In this document: in pieces, positions 39,948 to 49,735 of the stretch
How positions within the stretch are numbered: the stretch's first letter is position 1
How the letters are laid out: each line of letters starts with the position of its first letter
DNA from: Candidatus Latescibacterota bacterium
Lineage (GTDB): Bacteria > Latescibacterota > UBA2968 > UBA8231
Length of the DNA stretch: 64,000 bases
Reading direction: 5' to 3'
Assembly (NCBI GenBank): GCA_964291625.2
Contig: OZ220089.1
Coordinates: 2,496,001 to 2,560,000, forward strand
Notes under the pieces: generated by a model
Database searches by the model: none
Seen by the model: only the letters and a program-made list of their open reading frames with translations
What the model was told of the DNA's origin: nothing
Made by a program: the position numbers and the translations under genes

Positions 39948-41312
39948 GTGGTCCTCGGCGGCAAGCAGGCCGCGCTGCCAGATTCATCGACAATCGTTGC
40001 AGTCTCCACACCCCGAGGGGCCGGCGGCGTCGCACTGCTGCGCCTCAGTGGCACCCGTGCCTTGGCGATCGGGACGAGCATCTTCGTCTCTCGGCCACCG
40101 CTGGGGAGGCCGCGCCATGTTCAGTACGGCCGCGTGGTGGACCGCCGCCGGGAGCCCCTGGATACGGCGATGGCGTGGTTTCTGAAGGGACCGAAATCCT
40201 ACACGGGAGAGGATACGGTCGAGATCACGACCCACGGCAGCGATGTCCTTCTGGAGCTCGTGCTGGACTCGGCGATCCACCATGGCGCCAGGATTGCCGG
40301 CCCCGGGGAGTTCACACGGCGGGCCTTCACCAACGGACGAATCGATCTACTGCAGGCCGAGGCGGTCGTCGAGCTCATCCACGCGGGCAGCCGGAGGGGT
40401 ATGCAGGCCGCGTACGGAGCCGTCTCGGGCCGCCTGACCGAGGCAGTCGGCTCCTTGCGGAAGCAGTTGGCCAGCGCATTGGTGCAACTCGAGGCACAGC
40501 TGGACTTCGTCGAAGACATAAGCCAGGAGGAGTTGGGAGAGGTCGACGGTATCGTGTCCCGTGTGATTGACGAGGCCCGGGAGTTGATGCAGACCTTCGA
40601 AGGCGTCCGCCGTCGCCGCGACGGGTGGAGGGTGGTGATCGCAGGGCGCCCAAATGCAGGCAAGTCGTCCTTGCTGAATGCTCTGCTGGGTGAGGACCGG
40701 TCCATCGTCGCCGACGAGCCAGGCACCACGCGCGATTGGGTGGAAGCAACCCTCGTCTGGGAGGGCGAGCCCATCCGCCTCGTCGACACGGCGGGACTTC
40801 GCGAAGGAGCGGATCGAGTCGAGGCCGCAGCCGTGAGGAGATCAGGCCACCAGGCGGCGCATGCCGACGTGGTGGTGGCCGTCGTAGACGGCTCCCGGGA
40901 CCGCACGATTCTGGAGGACGAGCTTGCCAACCCTCGGTGGGGGGCAACCGTGGCAGTGGTAAGCAAGGCCGATCTTCCCCGCTTGGCGAGACTGCCCCCC
41001 GGAGCAGAGGCCGTCCCGGTCTCCGCCCACGGGGGGGACGGCCTCGCGGAACTCAGGGCCCGGATACTGGCCGCACTTCCAGGGCGAGATCTTCACGATG
41101 GTCCGGCGTTGCTGAGGGAGCGCCACCACGAGACACTGACTCATGTGGTGGCATCGGCCGACAGGGCCCGCGGGGATCTGTCGGCGGGCAACCCCGAGCT
41201 GGCCGCGGCAAGCCTCGGCGAGGCCTTGCGCCTGGCGGGTGAGTTGCTGGGAGAATCAGTGGACGAGGACGTGCTTGACAGGATTTTCCGCGAATTCTGC
41301 ATCGGCAAGTAG
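39948..41312 (+). CDS. mnmE: tRNA modification GTPase MnmE (TrmE)
   Basis: TIVAVSTP.G.GG, GP.SYTGED.VE, PGEFT.RAF.NGRIDL.QAE, GRPNAGKSSLLN, PGTTRD, DTAG, C-terminal FCIGK; start uncertain. Confidence 0.95.
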   Translation: MVLGGKQAALPDSSTIVAVSTPRGAGGVALLRLSGTRALAIGTSIFVSRPPLGRPRHVQYGRVVDRRREPLDTAMAWFLKGPKSYTGEDTVEITTHGSDVLLELVLDSAIHHGARIAGPGEFTRRAFTNGRIDLLQAEAVVELIHAGSRRGMQAAYGAVSGRLTEAVGSLRKQLASALVQLEAQLDFVEDISQEELGEVDGIVSRVIDEARELMQTFEGVRRRRDGWRVVIAGRPNAGKSSLLNALLGEDRSIVADEPGTTRDWVEATLVWEGEPIRLVDTAGLREGADRVEAAAVRRSGHQAAHADVVVAVVDGSRDRTILEDELANPRWGATVAVVSKADLPRLARLPPGAEAVPVSAHGGDGLAELRARILAALPGRDLHDGPALLRERHHETLTHVVASADRARGDLSAGNPELAAASLGEALRLAGELLGESVDEDVLDRIFREFCIGK

Positions 41313-41324
41313 GTCCGGGAAGAT

Positions 41325-41340
41325 CGTTCCACGTGAAACA
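41325..41340. promoter_or_regulatory. parS centromere-like site 1
   Basis: CGTTCCACGTGAAACA vs consensus TGTTTCACGTGAAACA. Confidence 0.88.
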
Positions 41341-41372
41341 CGCCCACTGGCCCCGGCGCCGGCCTTGGGGGG

Positions 41373-41388
41373 CGTTCCACGTGGAACA
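41373..41388. promoter_or_regulatory. parS centromere-like site 2
   Basis: CGTTCCACGTGGAACA palindrome, 48 bp from site 1. Confidence 0.88.
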
Positions 41389-41425
41389 TCTCCCCCGGGG
41401 GCCGGGCGGGCTCGTCTCCTTCGGT

Positions 41426-42070
41426 GTGATCCCCGTGGGCCCCTCGCCTGATAGCAGTCAGCCGCAGGCCAGCGATGTTGCAGTTCTGGGGGAACTCTGC
41501 CCGGACATGACCCCCGGGGACCGGCAGGCCGCGGCCGGTGCCTTGCTGGGCTACCTTCGGATCCTCAGGCGTTGGAACGGAAAGCTGAACCTGGTGTCCG
41601 AGGCCGATCATGGCGCCGTTTGGGAGAGGCACGTGGTGCCGTCCCTGCAACTGCGGGCATCCATTCTCGAGGTGCCCCATGGGAGCGTGGTGGACCTGGG
41701 GTCGGGGGCCGGTTTCCCCGGCGTTCCTCTCGCGATCGCTTCGCCGTCATCCCGGTTCACTCTCGTGGAGAGCCGCCGCCGAAGGGCCTCTTTCCTCCGT
41801 GCTGTGGCCCGGGAACTCTCGCTTGAGAACGTGGAGGTCGTCCACGGGCGGATCGAGGAGTGGCTCCCGAGGACGCGAGCCGATGTCGTCCTTGCCCGGG
41901 CGGTGGCGGACCCGGAGAAGATTGCCACCCTTGTGACTCACGTTCTGGCCCCTGACGGCTTCCTGCTGGTCACGCTCCCCCCGGCCTCTGGCCCAGAGGG
42001 GCAGCAATGCGGGGCGAGGCCCTCCCGTCGCCCCCGGCACACCTTCTGGCAGCCCTTTTCCCACACATGA
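41426..42070 (+). CDS. rsmG: 16S rRNA (G527-N7) methyltransferase RsmG (GidB)
   Basis: WN...NL.S, RH, VDLGSGAGFPG.PLAI, LVESR.RR..FL, ARAV; start uncertain (41426/41435/41507), C-terminus divergent. Confidence 0.88.
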   Translation: MIPVGPSPDSSQPQASDVAVLGELCPDMTPGDRQAAAGALLGYLRILRRWNGKLNLVSEADHGAVWERHVVPSLQLRASILEVPHGSVVDLGSGAGFPGVPLAIASPSSRFTLVESRRRRASFLRAVARELSLENVEVVHGRIEEWLPRTRADVVLARAVADPEKIATLVTHVLAPDGFLLVTLPPASGPEGQQCGARPSRRPRHTFWQPFSHT

Positions 42071-42322
42071 GGCCCCGATTGTGGAAATCACGGTGGAAAA
42101 CCAGGCATCTCGGGGGCCATCCCCCGCCCTCATCCACAAAGCAGAAGGCGATAAGGCGGGCCGGAGAGCGCGATGTGCTATCCGTTTGTAATCTCTCCAG
42201 TTAGCCGGGCCTTCCGGCTCCCGCTGGGAAGGGGTCGGGAATCCTCGCGTGGGCTTTCTTCCGAGGGGACGCCAAGGCAATCCACAAGGTGGACAGCATG
42301 CCTTGCAGCCCCTTGTGGAGAG
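42057..42322. promoter_or_regulatory. Second cluster of DnaA-box-like 9-mers
   Basis: TTTCCCACA 42057, TGTGGAAAT 42080, GGTGGAAAA 42092, TCATCCACA 42130, CAATCCACA 42278, TGTGGAGAG 42314. Confidence 0.55.
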
Positions 42323-42332
42323 CGTGTATATT
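42303..42332 (+). promoter_or_regulatory. Putative promoter of CDP-alcohol transferase-tmk-ctpA genes
   Basis: TTGCAG-N18-TATATT. Confidence 0.5.
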
Positions 42333-42377
42333 CACATCGCCCATCCGCAACGTTGACTCGCTAACCGAATTGCCCCC

Positions 42378-42995
42378 TTGATCGTTTCGCAGCTCCAGTC
42401 CGGCGTCAGGCGCGCGCTTCGGCCACTGGCCCGGCTCTTCATCCGGCTGGGGTGGCGCCCCGACTGGCTTACCATGCTCGGACTGTTCTTGAACGTGGTC
42501 GCCACGGCGGCCTTCGCGATGGGCAACTTGCGCTGGGGGGCTGCCATCATGCTGGTGGCCGGACTGTGCGATGTGCTCGACGGCCAGGTGGCCAGGGAGG
42601 GGCGCAGCGAGTCGAAGTTCGGTGCTTTGCTGGACTCGACGACGGACCGCTACTCGGAGATCTTCGTCTACTTCGGAATCGGCGCCTATCTGGTCCGTGG
42701 CGGCGAGTGGGTCCTGAGCGGCATCCTGTTCTTCGCCCTTTCGGGATCGCTGATGGTGAGCTATGTGCGCGCCCGGGCCGAGGGGCTGGGACAGGACTGC
42801 AAAGTTGGCTTCATGCAGCGCCCGGAGCGCCTGGTCGCCTTGGCGGCCGGCGGCTTGGTGGGGCACGAAGGCCTCGCATTCGTCCTTGTACTGCTCGCGG
42901 TTACGACCAACTATACCGTTATCGAGCGCCTCGCCTATATCCGGAACCGGCTCAAGGCTCCATCCCCCTCATCGCATTCGAGTCCGAGCCCCTAA
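42378..42995 (+). CDS. CDP-alcohol phosphatidyltransferase (PIP/AIP synthase-like)
   Basis: D..DG..AR.....S.FGA.LDS..DR signature; VSYVRARAEGLG..C.VG...RPERL. Confidence 0.88.
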   Translation: MIVSQLQSGVRRALRPLARLFIRLGWRPDWLTMLGLFLNVVATAAFAMGNLRWGAAIMLVAGLCDVLDGQVAREGRSESKFGALLDSTTDRYSEIFVYFGIGAYLVRGGEWVLSGILFFALSGSLMVSYVRARAEGLGQDCKVGFMQRPERLVALAAGGLVGHEGLAFVLVLLAVTTNYTVIERLAYIRNRLKAPSPSSHSSPSP

Positions 42996-43065
42996 GGCTG
43001 TCCGCCCCGCTTATGGGCCGCAGATTGGCCCCTATATCACCCCCTGCCGGGCGTTCCGCCAAAGC

Positions 43066-43704
43066 ATGAAGTCGCCACTCTTCGTGGTCTTGGAGGGACC
43101 AGACGGTTCGGGCACGAGCACCCAATGCCAGATCCTGTGCGATCGGCTGCGCGCCGAGGGCCACGAAATCGTCCAGACCCGAGAGCCGGGAGGCACGGAG
43201 GCGGGGGAGCGAATCAGATCCATGGTTCTTGACCCGGGATTGAAGGCGCTGGATGACGTGGCCGAGCTGCTCCTGTATGCGGCGAGCCGGAGGCAGCACC
43301 TGCAGGAGTTGATCGAGCCCGCGCTGGCATCTGGAAAGCCGGTGATCAGCGACAGATATGCGGCATCCTCGTTTGCCTATCAGGGGGCGGGGAGAGGGCT
43401 CGGGCCCGAGCTCGTGTCCGCTGTCAACGAGGTGGCAACACGCGGACGGGAGCCGGATGCCACCATCTTTCTGGACCTTTCCCTGGAGCAGGCGCGTCGG
43501 CGGAGGGGCCACCGGGGGGGCGGGGACAGGATCGAGGCTGCGGGCGAGGCCTTGCAGAAGCGTGTCGGCCTCGCCTACCGCCAGTTGGCGGGGAAGGACC
43601 CGGAGCGGTGCTTCCTCTTCGACGCCAGTCCCGGGGTCCAGGAGGTGGCGGCCTCCATCGAGCGGTGCCTCCTGGGCCGCTTTCGGAACTTCCCCTACCG
43701 ATGA
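43066..43704 (+). CDS. tmk: Thymidylate kinase
   Basis: FVVLEGPDGSGTSTQ, TREPGGT, ELLLYAASR.QH, VISDRY..SS.AYQG, PDATIFLD. Confidence 0.92.
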   Translation: MKSPLFVVLEGPDGSGTSTQCQILCDRLRAEGHEIVQTREPGGTEAGERIRSMVLDPGLKALDDVAELLLYAASRRQHLQELIEPALASGKPVISDRYAASSFAYQGAGRGLGPELVSAVNEVATRGREPDATIFLDLSLEQARRRRGHRGGGDRIEAAGEALQKRVGLAYRQLAGKDPERCFLFDASPGVQEVAASIERCLLGRFRNFPYR

Positions 43705-45602
43705 GGAAGCCGAATCGAGATATGGGAACCTCAGAGCGCCCGGGGATCTGGAATCGGACTGCACTGGCAACCGCAATTGCGGCGCTGATCGGCCATATGC
43801 AACCGGCCAACTGTGAGCCGGATGACCACTACGAATCGCTGAATGACAGCTGGGACCGCTTCGGATCGGTGTACGCCCGGGTGATTGAGCACTACTACGA
43901 TCCCGTGGATCACGATGCCATCATGAGGGCCGCCATCGAAGGGATGCTGCGGCAACTGGACCCCTATACCCAGTACTTCGACGAGGAGGGCTTGCGACAG
44001 CTCCGCCAGGATACGACGGGGCGATTCGCCGGGCTGGGCATCACGGTTGGGATCAAGGACCGGACCCCGGTGGTAATCGCCCCTATCGAGGGCACCCCGG
44101 CTGACCGGGCAGGGCTGCTGCCGGGTGATCTGATCGTGGCCATCGAAGGCAGGGAGACCTTCGGGCGCTCGTTGGAGCAAGTGGTCACTGATCTGCGCGG
44201 AGAGCCGGGAACCTCGGTACGGATCACCGTCGACCGACGAGGGGTGCTCGATGACTGGGATGTGGTCATCGTCCGCGAGATGATCCAGATCCGCAGCGTC
44301 GCGGTCGCCGAGGAGATCCTGCCGGGGGTCGGATACATCAGCATGCGCCAGACCCGGTTCTCGGAGGAGACATCGGCGGAGATGGAGGCCGCCCTGGAGC
44401 GGATTTCCGCCCTCGACGTGAAGGGCCTCATTCTCGATCTCCGGGGAAACCCCGGAGGCCTGCTGAGCCAGGCAGCGGAAGTGGCAGACCTGTTCCTTCC
44501 GAGAGGGGCCCCGATCGTCTCCGTTCGCGAGCGCTCCGGCCGGCGCGAGGAGACCAAGCGTTCGGAGCGTCGACCGACGTCACCGCATCTGCCGCTCGTC
44601 GTCCTGATCGACGGGGGGAGCGCGAGCGCCGCGGAGATTGTCGCCGGTGCGATGCAGGACAACGACCGCGGCCTCGTGGTGGGGACGACATCTTTCGGCA
44701 AGGGATCCGTCCAGACGATTTTCGATCTCCGGGACGAGGATCGCGCTGCCCTGAAACTCACCACGGCCCTGTATTTCACCCCGAGCGGGCGCAGCATCCA
44801 CCGTGAATCTCTCGCCCTGCCGGGCCTGCTGCAGCCGGTCCCCTTCGGAGAGGTCAGTCTGCCGGGCGGCCAGTTGCTGTCCGTGGTGCTCTCCTCCCCT
44901 GATATCGATGTCGCAGGAGATCGCTTGCGGGCACGATTCGATCTGGACGAGAGACTGTCCGGACAGATCCTCCAGACAACTCTCGGAGACCTCGCCGGCC
45001 GGGGATCCGCGAGATCCGCCAGCGTTGTCGCGGACAGCACTTCCTTCAGAACGAACGGAGGCAGGCTTGTCTACGGCAGCGGAGGAATCGAGCCGGATCT
45101 CGTCGTCGAGGGGGTGCTCTCCCCGCCGTATGTCCAGGAGTTGCGCCGCCACCGGGTTTTCTTCGACTTCGTCGTGGACTATGTGGGCCGGACGGGAGAG
45201 GGCGGGGCCCAACCCTCGCCGGAGGTGGACGACGCGATGATGGCTGCCTTCCGCGAGTACCTGCCCGGGTCGACGGCCGGGGTCGCCCGCGGCCGGAAGG
45301 TCCGACAGGCCCTGGATGGGCTGAGGCGGTTGGCGGACGAGTTCGGATGGAACGGGGCCGTCCGGGCGCGGATCGACAGCCTCGAATTGGCCGTCGGGCG
45401 CCAGGAAGGGGCCGAGCCACGGTCGGCGGACCTCGAGGGCTACCTGCGGTCCGAGCTGCGGCGTGAGCTGGCCCTGCGCGTCGAGGGGCGCAAGGCCAGT
45501 CTTATCATCGCCCTGAAAGACGATCCTCAGGTGAAGGCGGCCGTGACGTTGCTGCGGGATCCGACCGAGTACGACCGCGTGCTGTCCGGAGGAACGGAGT
45601 GA
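43701..45602 (+). CDS. Carboxyl-terminal processing protease (S41A, CtpA/Prc family) with PDZ domain and extra insert
   Basis: LDPYT, F.GLGI (PDZ), ILDLRGNPGGLL, SASAAEIVAGA.QD, SFGKGSVQ (Ser/Lys dyad), YFTPSGRSI, GGIEPD. Confidence 0.93.
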   Translation: MRKPNRDMGTSERPGIWNRTALATAIAALIGHMQPANCEPDDHYESLNDSWDRFGSVYARVIEHYYDPVDHDAIMRAAIEGMLRQLDPYTQYFDEEGLRQLRQDTTGRFAGLGITVGIKDRTPVVIAPIEGTPADRAGLLPGDLIVAIEGRETFGRSLEQVVTDLRGEPGTSVRITVDRRGVLDDWDVVIVREMIQIRSVAVAEEILPGVGYISMRQTRFSEETSAEMEAALERISALDVKGLILDLRGNPGGLLSQAAEVADLFLPRGAPIVSVRERSGRREETKRSERRPTSPHLPLVVLIDGGSASAAEIVAGAMQDNDRGLVVGTTSFGKGSVQTIFDLRDEDRAALKLTTALYFTPSGRSIHRESLALPGLLQPVPFGEVSLPGGQLLSVVLSSPDIDVAGDRLRARFDLDERLSGQILQTTLGDLAGRGSARSASVVADSTSFRTNGGRLVYGSGGIEPDLVVEGVLSPPYVQELRRHRVFFDFVVDYVGRTGEGGAQPSPEVDDAMMAAFREYLPGSTAGVARGRKVRQALDGLRRLADEFGWNGAVRARIDSLELAVGRQEGAEPRSADLEGYLRSELRRELALRVEGRKASLIIALKDDPQVKAAVTLLRDPTEYDRVLSGGTE

Positions 45603-45726
45603 CCCTGCCCGCTCTCCCGGCCGCGGAACCGCGCCTGTCCCCCGGAGGTCGTCCTGCCGGCCTGCCGCCTTCGGGCGCGTCAAAACTGAAATCACGGGGA
45701 CCCAGCGTCCCCCTGTCGGAGTGAGA

Positions 45727-47247
45727 ATGGGAACAGAGATCTTCATCAACCAGGGAGTTCACGAGTCCCGTATCGCCATCGTCGAGGAAGGTGACCTGGC
45801 CGAAATCTGGGTGGAACGCCCGGAAGCGGAGCGAATGGTCGGAGACATCTACAAGGGCAGGGTGACTGCCGTCCTGCCGAGCTTGCAGGCTGCCTTCGTC
45901 GACATCGGGCAGGAGCGGACCGCTTTCCTCCAGGTACGGGACTTGGTGGAGGCAGAGAACGAGGAGGAGGACAGCGGCCGCAGAAACGGCCGTCGTCCCC
46001 GGCAGTATCCTCCGATCCAGGACCTTGTGAAGAAGGGCCAGGAACTGCTCGTGCAGATCACGAAGGAGCCGATTGGCACCAAGGGCGCCCGCATCACCAC
46101 TCAACTGGCCCTGGCCGGGCGATTCGTCGTGCTCATGGCCAACGGGGACTGGGTGGGGGTGTCCCGCAAGATCAGCAACTGGAACGAGCGCCGACGACTG
46201 AGGGAGGTGGTGCGGAAGCAGTTGCCGGAGGGGTTCTCCGTGATCGTGCGCACAGAAGGACGAGGCCAGCAGGAGAAGGACTTCCGGCGCGACCTGAAAC
46301 AGCTGCACCGCGCCTATCGGCGCCTGCAGAAGAAGGCCCGCCGAGCGTCGGCCCCGGCCCTGGTGCACCAGGAGCTGGGAATGACGTCGAGCATCATACG
46401 CGATCTCTTCACCGACAACGTCGACCGATTGGTGGTGGACTCGCGGGAGTTGCACCGCGAGATCATCGGGTACCTCAAGAGCGTCTCCCCCGAGCTGCGA
46501 GAGCGAGTGGAACTCTACCGTGACCGGAGACCGATCTTCGACCACTTCAAGGTGGAGAAGGAGATGGAGAAGGTTACCGAGCGCGAGGTCCGAATGCGCA
46601 AGGGCGGCTCCCTGGTCATCGACCATGCCGAAGCCGGCACCTTCATCGATGTGAACTCGGCGCGAAACACCGGCAAGCGCGATCAGGAAGAGAGCATCCT
46701 GCATACCAATCTGGAAGCTGCGAGGGAGGTCGCCCGCCAACTGCGCCTGCGCGACATCGGAGGCATCATCGTCATCGACTTCATCGACATGCACGACGAG
46801 CGCAACCGCAGGAAGCTCGTGGATGCCATGATCGAGCAGGTGCGCCGGGATCGCGCCAAGGTCTCCATCAGCGCCCAGATCTCCGAGTTCGGCCTGATCG
46901 AGATGACGCGCCAGCGAGTGCGCCCGAACCTGCTGCACACTCAGTCAGAGCCGTGTCCGGTGTGTGCCGGGACAGGCAGGGTCATGGGACCAGACACGAC
47001 GATCACCAAGATCGAGCGCTGGTTGCGCCGGGCGTATGCGGGCAATGGGGAGCGGCGCTTCCGGCTTCGGGTCCACCCGGACGTGGCCACATACATGCGG
47101 TCGGACAACGGCGACCGCCTGAAGGACATGCGCAAGGCCACCAAGGCGCGCCTGGACATCGAGGAGGACGCTGGGATGACACCCCAGGAATACCGGTTCT
47201 ACTCGGTGAAGAGACACCTCGACGTGACCGCCGAATACGGGAATTGA
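45727..47247 (+). CDS. rng: Rne/Rng family ribonuclease (RNase G-length)
   Basis: GDIYKGRV..VLP.LQAAFVDIG (S1), VQI.KEP..KG.R.TT, IDVNS, QLRLRDIGGIIVIDFIDM, CPVC.G.G. Confidence 0.93.
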   Translation: MGTEIFINQGVHESRIAIVEEGDLAEIWVERPEAERMVGDIYKGRVTAVLPSLQAAFVDIGQERTAFLQVRDLVEAENEEEDSGRRNGRRPRQYPPIQDLVKKGQELLVQITKEPIGTKGARITTQLALAGRFVVLMANGDWVGVSRKISNWNERRRLREVVRKQLPEGFSVIVRTEGRGQQEKDFRRDLKQLHRAYRRLQKKARRASAPALVHQELGMTSSIIRDLFTDNVDRLVVDSRELHREIIGYLKSVSPELRERVELYRDRRPIFDHFKVEKEMEKVTEREVRMRKGGSLVIDHAEAGTFIDVNSARNTGKRDQEESILHTNLEAAREVARQLRLRDIGGIIVIDFIDMHDERNRRKLVDAMIEQVRRDRAKVSISAQISEFGLIEMTRQRVRPNLLHTQSEPCPVCAGTGRVMGPDTTITKIERWLRRAYAGNGERRFRLRVHPDVATYMRSDNGDRLKDMRKATKARLDIEEDAGMTPQEYRFYSVKRHLDVTAEYGN

Positions 47248-47296
47248 CAGATCAGGGGCCCGCCCGTAGCTTCTGCGGTTCGCTGAAGGAGGATCC

Positions 47297-47614
47297 TTGT
47301 ACGCCGTTGTCGATATCGCTGGCAAGCAGATTCAGGTGGAGGAGGGGGCAGTAGTCCGCGTCCCCAGGCTGGCCCTGCAGGAGGGCGACAGGCAGGTGCT
47401 TTCCCAGGTTCTGCTCCTTCGCACGGACAGCGGCACGCATGTGGGCAGCCCCCATGTCGACGGGGCATCGGTGGAGGCGACCGTCCTTGGTCACGGGCGG
47501 GCCGAGAAAATCGTGGTCTTCAAGATCAAGCGCCGGAAGAACTATCGCCGCCGCAACGGGCACCGGCAGGACTACACCGAGCTCAAGATCGACGGCATCG
47601 TTGCCCCGAACTGA
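47297..47614 (+). CDS. rplU: 50S ribosomal protein L21
   Basis: MYAVV...[23 protein letters not shown]; SD AAGGAGG, TTG start. Confidence 0.96.
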   Translation: MYAVVDIAGKQIQVEEGAVVRVPRLALQEGDRQVLSQVLLLRTDSGTHVGSPHVDGASVEATVLGHGRAEKIVVFKIKRRKNYRRRNGHRQDYTELKIDGIVAPN

Positions 47615-47626
47615 CGGAGTCCCGGA

Positions 47627-47887
47627 ATGGCACACAAGAAAGGCGTTGGCAGCTCCAGGAACGGTCGTGACAGCAACTCCAAGCGCCTGGGAGTCAAGAG
47701 CGCTGGCGGCCAATCTGTCCAGGCCGGGACCATCATCATCCGCCAGCGGGGCACTCGAATTCACCCTGGTCAGAATGTCCGCAAGGGGGGCGACGATACC
47801 CTCTTCGCATGTGTCGACGGCCGGGTCGTGTTCGAATCGGCCGGCCGCCGCCGCAAGCGAGTCCGCGTCGAGCCCGTCACCGCCTGA
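47627..47887 (+). CDS. rpmA: 50S ribosomal protein L27
   Basis: [37 protein letters not shown]. Confidence 0.98.
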   Translation: MAHKKGVGSSRNGRDSNSKRLGVKSAGGQSVQAGTIIIRQRGTRIHPGQNVRKGGDDTLFACVDGRVVFESAGRRRKRVRVEPVTA

Positions 47888-48016
47888 TCCAGACCGTGCT
47901 GCACGGCACCGGGTCGCCATTGTGAACCAGGCCCCCTACGGAGTCGCTTTCGGTCGCTCTGAGGCCGGCCGCGGTTCCGTAGTAGTTCTGCCAGTCCCTC
48001 GATCCACAATCCGGAC

Positions 48017-49735
48017 ATGAACACCCCCTCACTCGACGTCCTCATCGTTGGGGGCGGGGCCGCCGGTCTGCGCGCCGCCATCGCCGCCGTCGAGGCCGAC
48101 CCCGACATCCACGTCGGCCTGGTGTCCAAGGTCTACCCCATGCGATCCCATACGGTCTCCGCCGAAGGCGGATCGGCCGCTGTGGTCCGTGACGACGACA
48201 GTCTCGACTCCCATGCCTACGACACGATCAAGGGGTCGGACTTCCTCGCCGATCAGGACGTAGTCGAGGCTTTCGTCAATGAGGCTCCCGGGGAGCTCAT
48301 CCTGCTTGAGCATTGGGGGTGTCCGTGGAGCCGTGACCCGGACGGCCGAGTCAGCGTGCGCGCCTTCGGAGGCATGAGTACGAAGCGCACCCTCTACGCC
48401 GCGGACAAGACCGGCTTCCACATGCTGCACGCGCTGTTTCAGACGTCGCTCAAGCACAGCCGGATCCACCGCTACGACGAGTGGTACGTCACCTCCCTTC
48501 TCGTCGACGAAGGCAGGGTGTGCGGCGTCGCCGCCCTGAACCTTCACCAAGGCGGCCTGCATGCCCTTCCCGCCCGGGCTGTCATCTTGTGCACGGGCGG
48601 CGGGGGCCGGGTCTTCCCTTTCACGACGAATGCCGCCATCAAGACCGGCGACGGCATGTCCATGGCGTATCGGGCAGGCTGTCCGCTGAAGGACATGGAG
48701 TTCGTCCAGTACCACCCGACAGGCTTGCCGGTGACCGGCATCCTGATGACGGAGGCCTCGCGGGGCGAGGGGGGGTACCTGGTCAACAGCGAAGGGGACC
48801 GGTACCTGAGCGAGTACGTGCCCGGCAAGATGGAGCTTGGGCCCCGCGACATCCTTTCCCGCGCCTTCGTCCACGAGATGCGGGCGGGACGGGTCTTCGA
48901 GGGTGAGCACGGGCAGTACGTGCATCTGGATCTGCGGCACCTTGGCGAGAAGGCCATCGACGAGAAACTGCCCTTCGTGCGCGAGCTTACCCGCAACTAT
49001 GTCGGTATCGACCCCGTCCACGAGCCGATTCCGGTGCGCCCGGTCGTCCACTACATGATGGGGGGCGTCCACACCGACATCGACGGCGCCACCCCCGTGG
49101 CCGGCCTCTACGCCGCCGGTGAGACGGCCTGCGTGAGCCTGAACGGCGCCAATCGCCTGGGCTCCAACTCCCTGACCGAGTGTCTGGTCTTCGGTGCCCG
49201 CGCGGGGAAGGCCGCCGGGCGTTCTGCCAGCGAACAGGACAACCCCCGGTCCGGGGTGCTGGAGGCCCTGGTCCGCGATGAGGAGGAGCGCATCCGGTCC
49301 ACTTTGCTGGGCGAGGACGAGGGCCGCACCGAGAAGGTGAGCCAGATCCGCACCGACCTGCAGGGGGCGATGGAGTCGGGCGCCGGCATCTACCGCACGG
49401 CCGAGGACCTGACCATCGCCTGCGAGCAGATCCGCGCCCTCAAGGAGCGCTACCAGCGGGTGCGCATCGACGATCACTCCCTGGTCTTCAACACCCAGTT
49501 GACCACGGCTCTCGAACTCGGCTGCATGCTCGACGTGGCGGAGTCCCTCGCCCACTCCGCCCTGCTGCGGGAAGAGTCCCGGGGCTCCCATGCCCGCTCC
49601 GACCACGAATCCCGGGACGACGGCCGCTTTCTCTCCCACTCCCTGGCCATTCGCGACCCGGGAGGCGGGGACCCGAGGATCGAGTACCTCCCGGCCACGA
49701 TCACGCGCTGGCAGCCCGAGGAACGGAAGTACTGA
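48017..49735 (+). CDS. frdA: Fumarate reductase/succinate dehydrogenase flavoprotein (FrdA type)
   Basis: [19 protein letters not shown] (covalent-FAD His), [31 protein letters not shown]. Confidence 0.9.
   Translation: MNTPSLDVLIVGGGAAGLRAAIAAVEADPDIHVGLVSKVYPMRSHTVSAEGGSAAVVRDDDSLDSHAYDTIKGSDFLADQDVVEAFVNEAPGELILLEHWGCPWSRDPDGRVSVRAFGGMSTKRTLYAADKTGFHMLHALFQTSLKHSRIHRYDEWYVTSLLVDEGRVCGVAALNLHQGGLHALPARAVILCTGGGGRVFPFTTNAAIKTGDGMSMAYRAGCPLKDMEFVQYHPTGLPVTGILMTEASRGEGGYLVNSEGDRYLSEYVPGKMELGPRDILSRAFVHEMRAGRVFEGEHGQYVHLDLRHLGEKAIDEKLPFVRELTRNYVGIDPVHEPIPVRPVVHYMMGGVHTDIDGATPVAGLYAAGETACVSLNGANRLGSNSLTECLVFGARAGKAAGRSASEQDNPRSGVLEALVRDEEERIRSTLLGEDEGRTEKVSQIRTDLQGAMESGAGIYRTAEDLTIACEQIRALKERYQRVRIDDHSLVFNTQLTTALELGCMLDVAESLAHSALLREESRGSHARSDHESRDDGRFLSHSLAIRDPGGGDPRIEYLPATITRWQPEERKY

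Noticed and set aside
41141-41680. ORFs containing MFHVE/FHVEH peptides
   Set aside because: These are translations of the parS palindromes, not protein motifs
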